The notes under the pieces: generated by a model
Database searches by the model: none
What the model was told of the DNA's origin: nothing
Seen by the model: the letters and a program-made list of their open reading frames with translations, nothing else
Program-made: the position numbers and the translations under genes
Source: an uncultured Thermoleophilaceae bacterium
GTDB lineage: Bacteria > Actinomycetota > Thermoleophilia > Solirubrobacterales > Thermoleophilaceae
NCBI GenBank assembly: GCA_963728155.1
Contig: CAVSJF010000025.1
Coordinates: 5,405-69,404, forward strand
DNA length: 64,000 bases
Direction of reading: 5' to 3'
Shown here: positions 63,204 to 64,000 of the stretch, piece after piece
How the letters are laid out: each line of letters opens with the position of its first letter
How positions within the stretch are numbered: the stretch's first letter is position 1

Positions 63204-63976
63204 GTGCGCACCATCCTCGTGCGCAGGGCCGAGCTGGCCGCGGCCAGGGCGATCAGGGCGAGCCCGCCCGCACAGGCGAATCCGAGCGCGAGCGCCTCGG
63301 CGTCCCAGCCGGTGATTACCAGCGAGCGGATCCCCTCGAGCATGTACGAGACCGGGTTGTAGGTGGCCACGGTCTGAAACCAGCCAATCTCGATCAGGTT
63401 GCGCGGGAGCGCCATCGAGGAGAGGAAGAGGGCCGCGAAGAAGAGGGGAAACACGCCCTGCACCGCCTCGCCAGTACCGCTGCGCAACGCGACGAAGGCG
63501 CCGATGCAGCCAAAGGCCAGGGAGATGGTCAGCGACAGCAGCACGATCACCACAGCTCCCGCCACCCCGGCTGCGATGCCCGCGCCGAAGATCAGCCCTA
63601 CGGCGAGAAAGGTCAGCGCCTGGATCAGCCCGAGGGCGAGGATGCCCGACAGCTGGCCCATCATCAGCGCCACCCGTCGCAGCGGAGTGAGCGACAGGCG
63701 GTTCAGAAACCCGGTCTCGATGTCGTTGGCCACGTTGGTGCCCGCGCTGTTGGCCGAGAACAGCGCGCCCTGTACGAAGGCGATGGCCAGCGCGAACTGA
63801 AAGTAAGAGTCGGTGGGGAACCCGGGGATCTGCGTGGCCGAGTCGAGGCCGCTCGAGTTGATGGAGAGCAGCATCAGCGGGAAGATGATCGACGGCACGA
63901 CCATCGCCGGTTGGCGCAATGTGCGCACGACCGAACGGCGAGCGAGCATCCCTACCTGCAGGAACAGGCCGTTCAC
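63200..63976 (-). CDS. ABC-2 type transporter permease (paralog)
   Basis: 258 aa, six hydrophobic segments. The GTG overlaps the stop of the partial upstream gene. Confidence 0.8.
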   Translation of the reverse strand: MNGLFLQVGMLARRSVVRTLRQPAMVVPSIIFPLMLLSINSSGLDSATQIPGFPTDSYFQFALAIAFVQGALFSANSAGTNVANDIETGFLNRLSLTPLRRVALMMGQLSGILALGLIQALTFLAVGLIFGAGIAAGVAGAVVIVLLSLTISLAFGCIGAFVALRSGTGEAVQGVFPLFFAALFLSSMALPRNLIEIGWFQTVATYNPVSYMLEGIRSLVITGWDAEALALGFACAGGLALIALAAASSALRTRMVRT

Positions 63977-64000
63977 GCCGCCACGGGCTCCTCGGCCTCC
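63973..64000 (-). CDS. 3' end of an upstream gene, probably the ABC ATPase of this exporter; truncated by the window edge
   Basis: Only ...EAEEPVAA-stop is visible, with the TGA overlapping GTG 63976. The function is inferred from position only. Confidence 0.3.

Overview
High-GC (about 70% by eye) chromosome segment that looks like a monoderm actinobacterium, possibly Thermoleophilia/Rubrobacteria-like; the taxon is inference only. About 80 genes are packed tightly on both strands. Many junctions show ATGA/GTGA start-stop overlaps, which suggests operons. I saw no rRNA, tRNA, CRISPR array, transposase or integrase. The many long Arg/Pro/Gly-rich ORFs opposite or out of frame with recognisable genes are high-GC artefacts.

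Content, left to right:
- class V aminotransferase, 7-bladed beta-propeller repeat protein, sulfatase
- a sulfur-handling cluster: zinc-ribbon peptide, CstB-like dioxygenase-rhodanese, SBP56/methanethiol-oxidase-like protein, 44-aa membrane peptide, TetR, alpha/beta-hydrolase-glycosyltransferase fusion, LuxR
- several TetR-controlled small modules and an MFS pump
- modABC
- a lipoprotein / PKD surface protein / MotA-ExbB-like / DUF2149 / PadR operon
- a degraded Tad-pilus remnant (two TadE-like genes plus a ParA/Ssd-like gene)
- uppP, crotonase, ABC-2 exporter, GT4/SDR/YjbQ, 2-hydroxyacid dehydrogenase, lipid kinase, M24 peptidase, ParB-like and DUF559 proteins
- a LacI-controlled sugar ABC transporter plus GH13 enzyme
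- an APC permease, a CDF transporter, and LigD split into three genes
- a principal-type sigma factor followed by small stress-type genes
- two tandem SigB/F-type sigma paralogs that share an upstream motif
- DUF72, cupin, and a second ABC-2 exporter

Main hunt results:
1. The MotA/ExbB-like + DUF2149 + PKD surface protein + lipoprotein + PadR module, with paired TTAGGGnnCCCTAA palindromes, is the best candidate for an undescribed system.
2. At least about 15 single-base reading-frame breaks occur in otherwise intact genes across the window, with 5-7 of them in the 1.5-kb Tad remnant. These are either assembly indel errors or recent pseudogenisation.
3. The two tandem sigma paralogs carry a shared TTTTGG-N12/13-GGGA motif.
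4. The sulfur cluster and its 44-aa coupled micro-ORF.

All domain calls come from motif recognition by eye. No searches were run.
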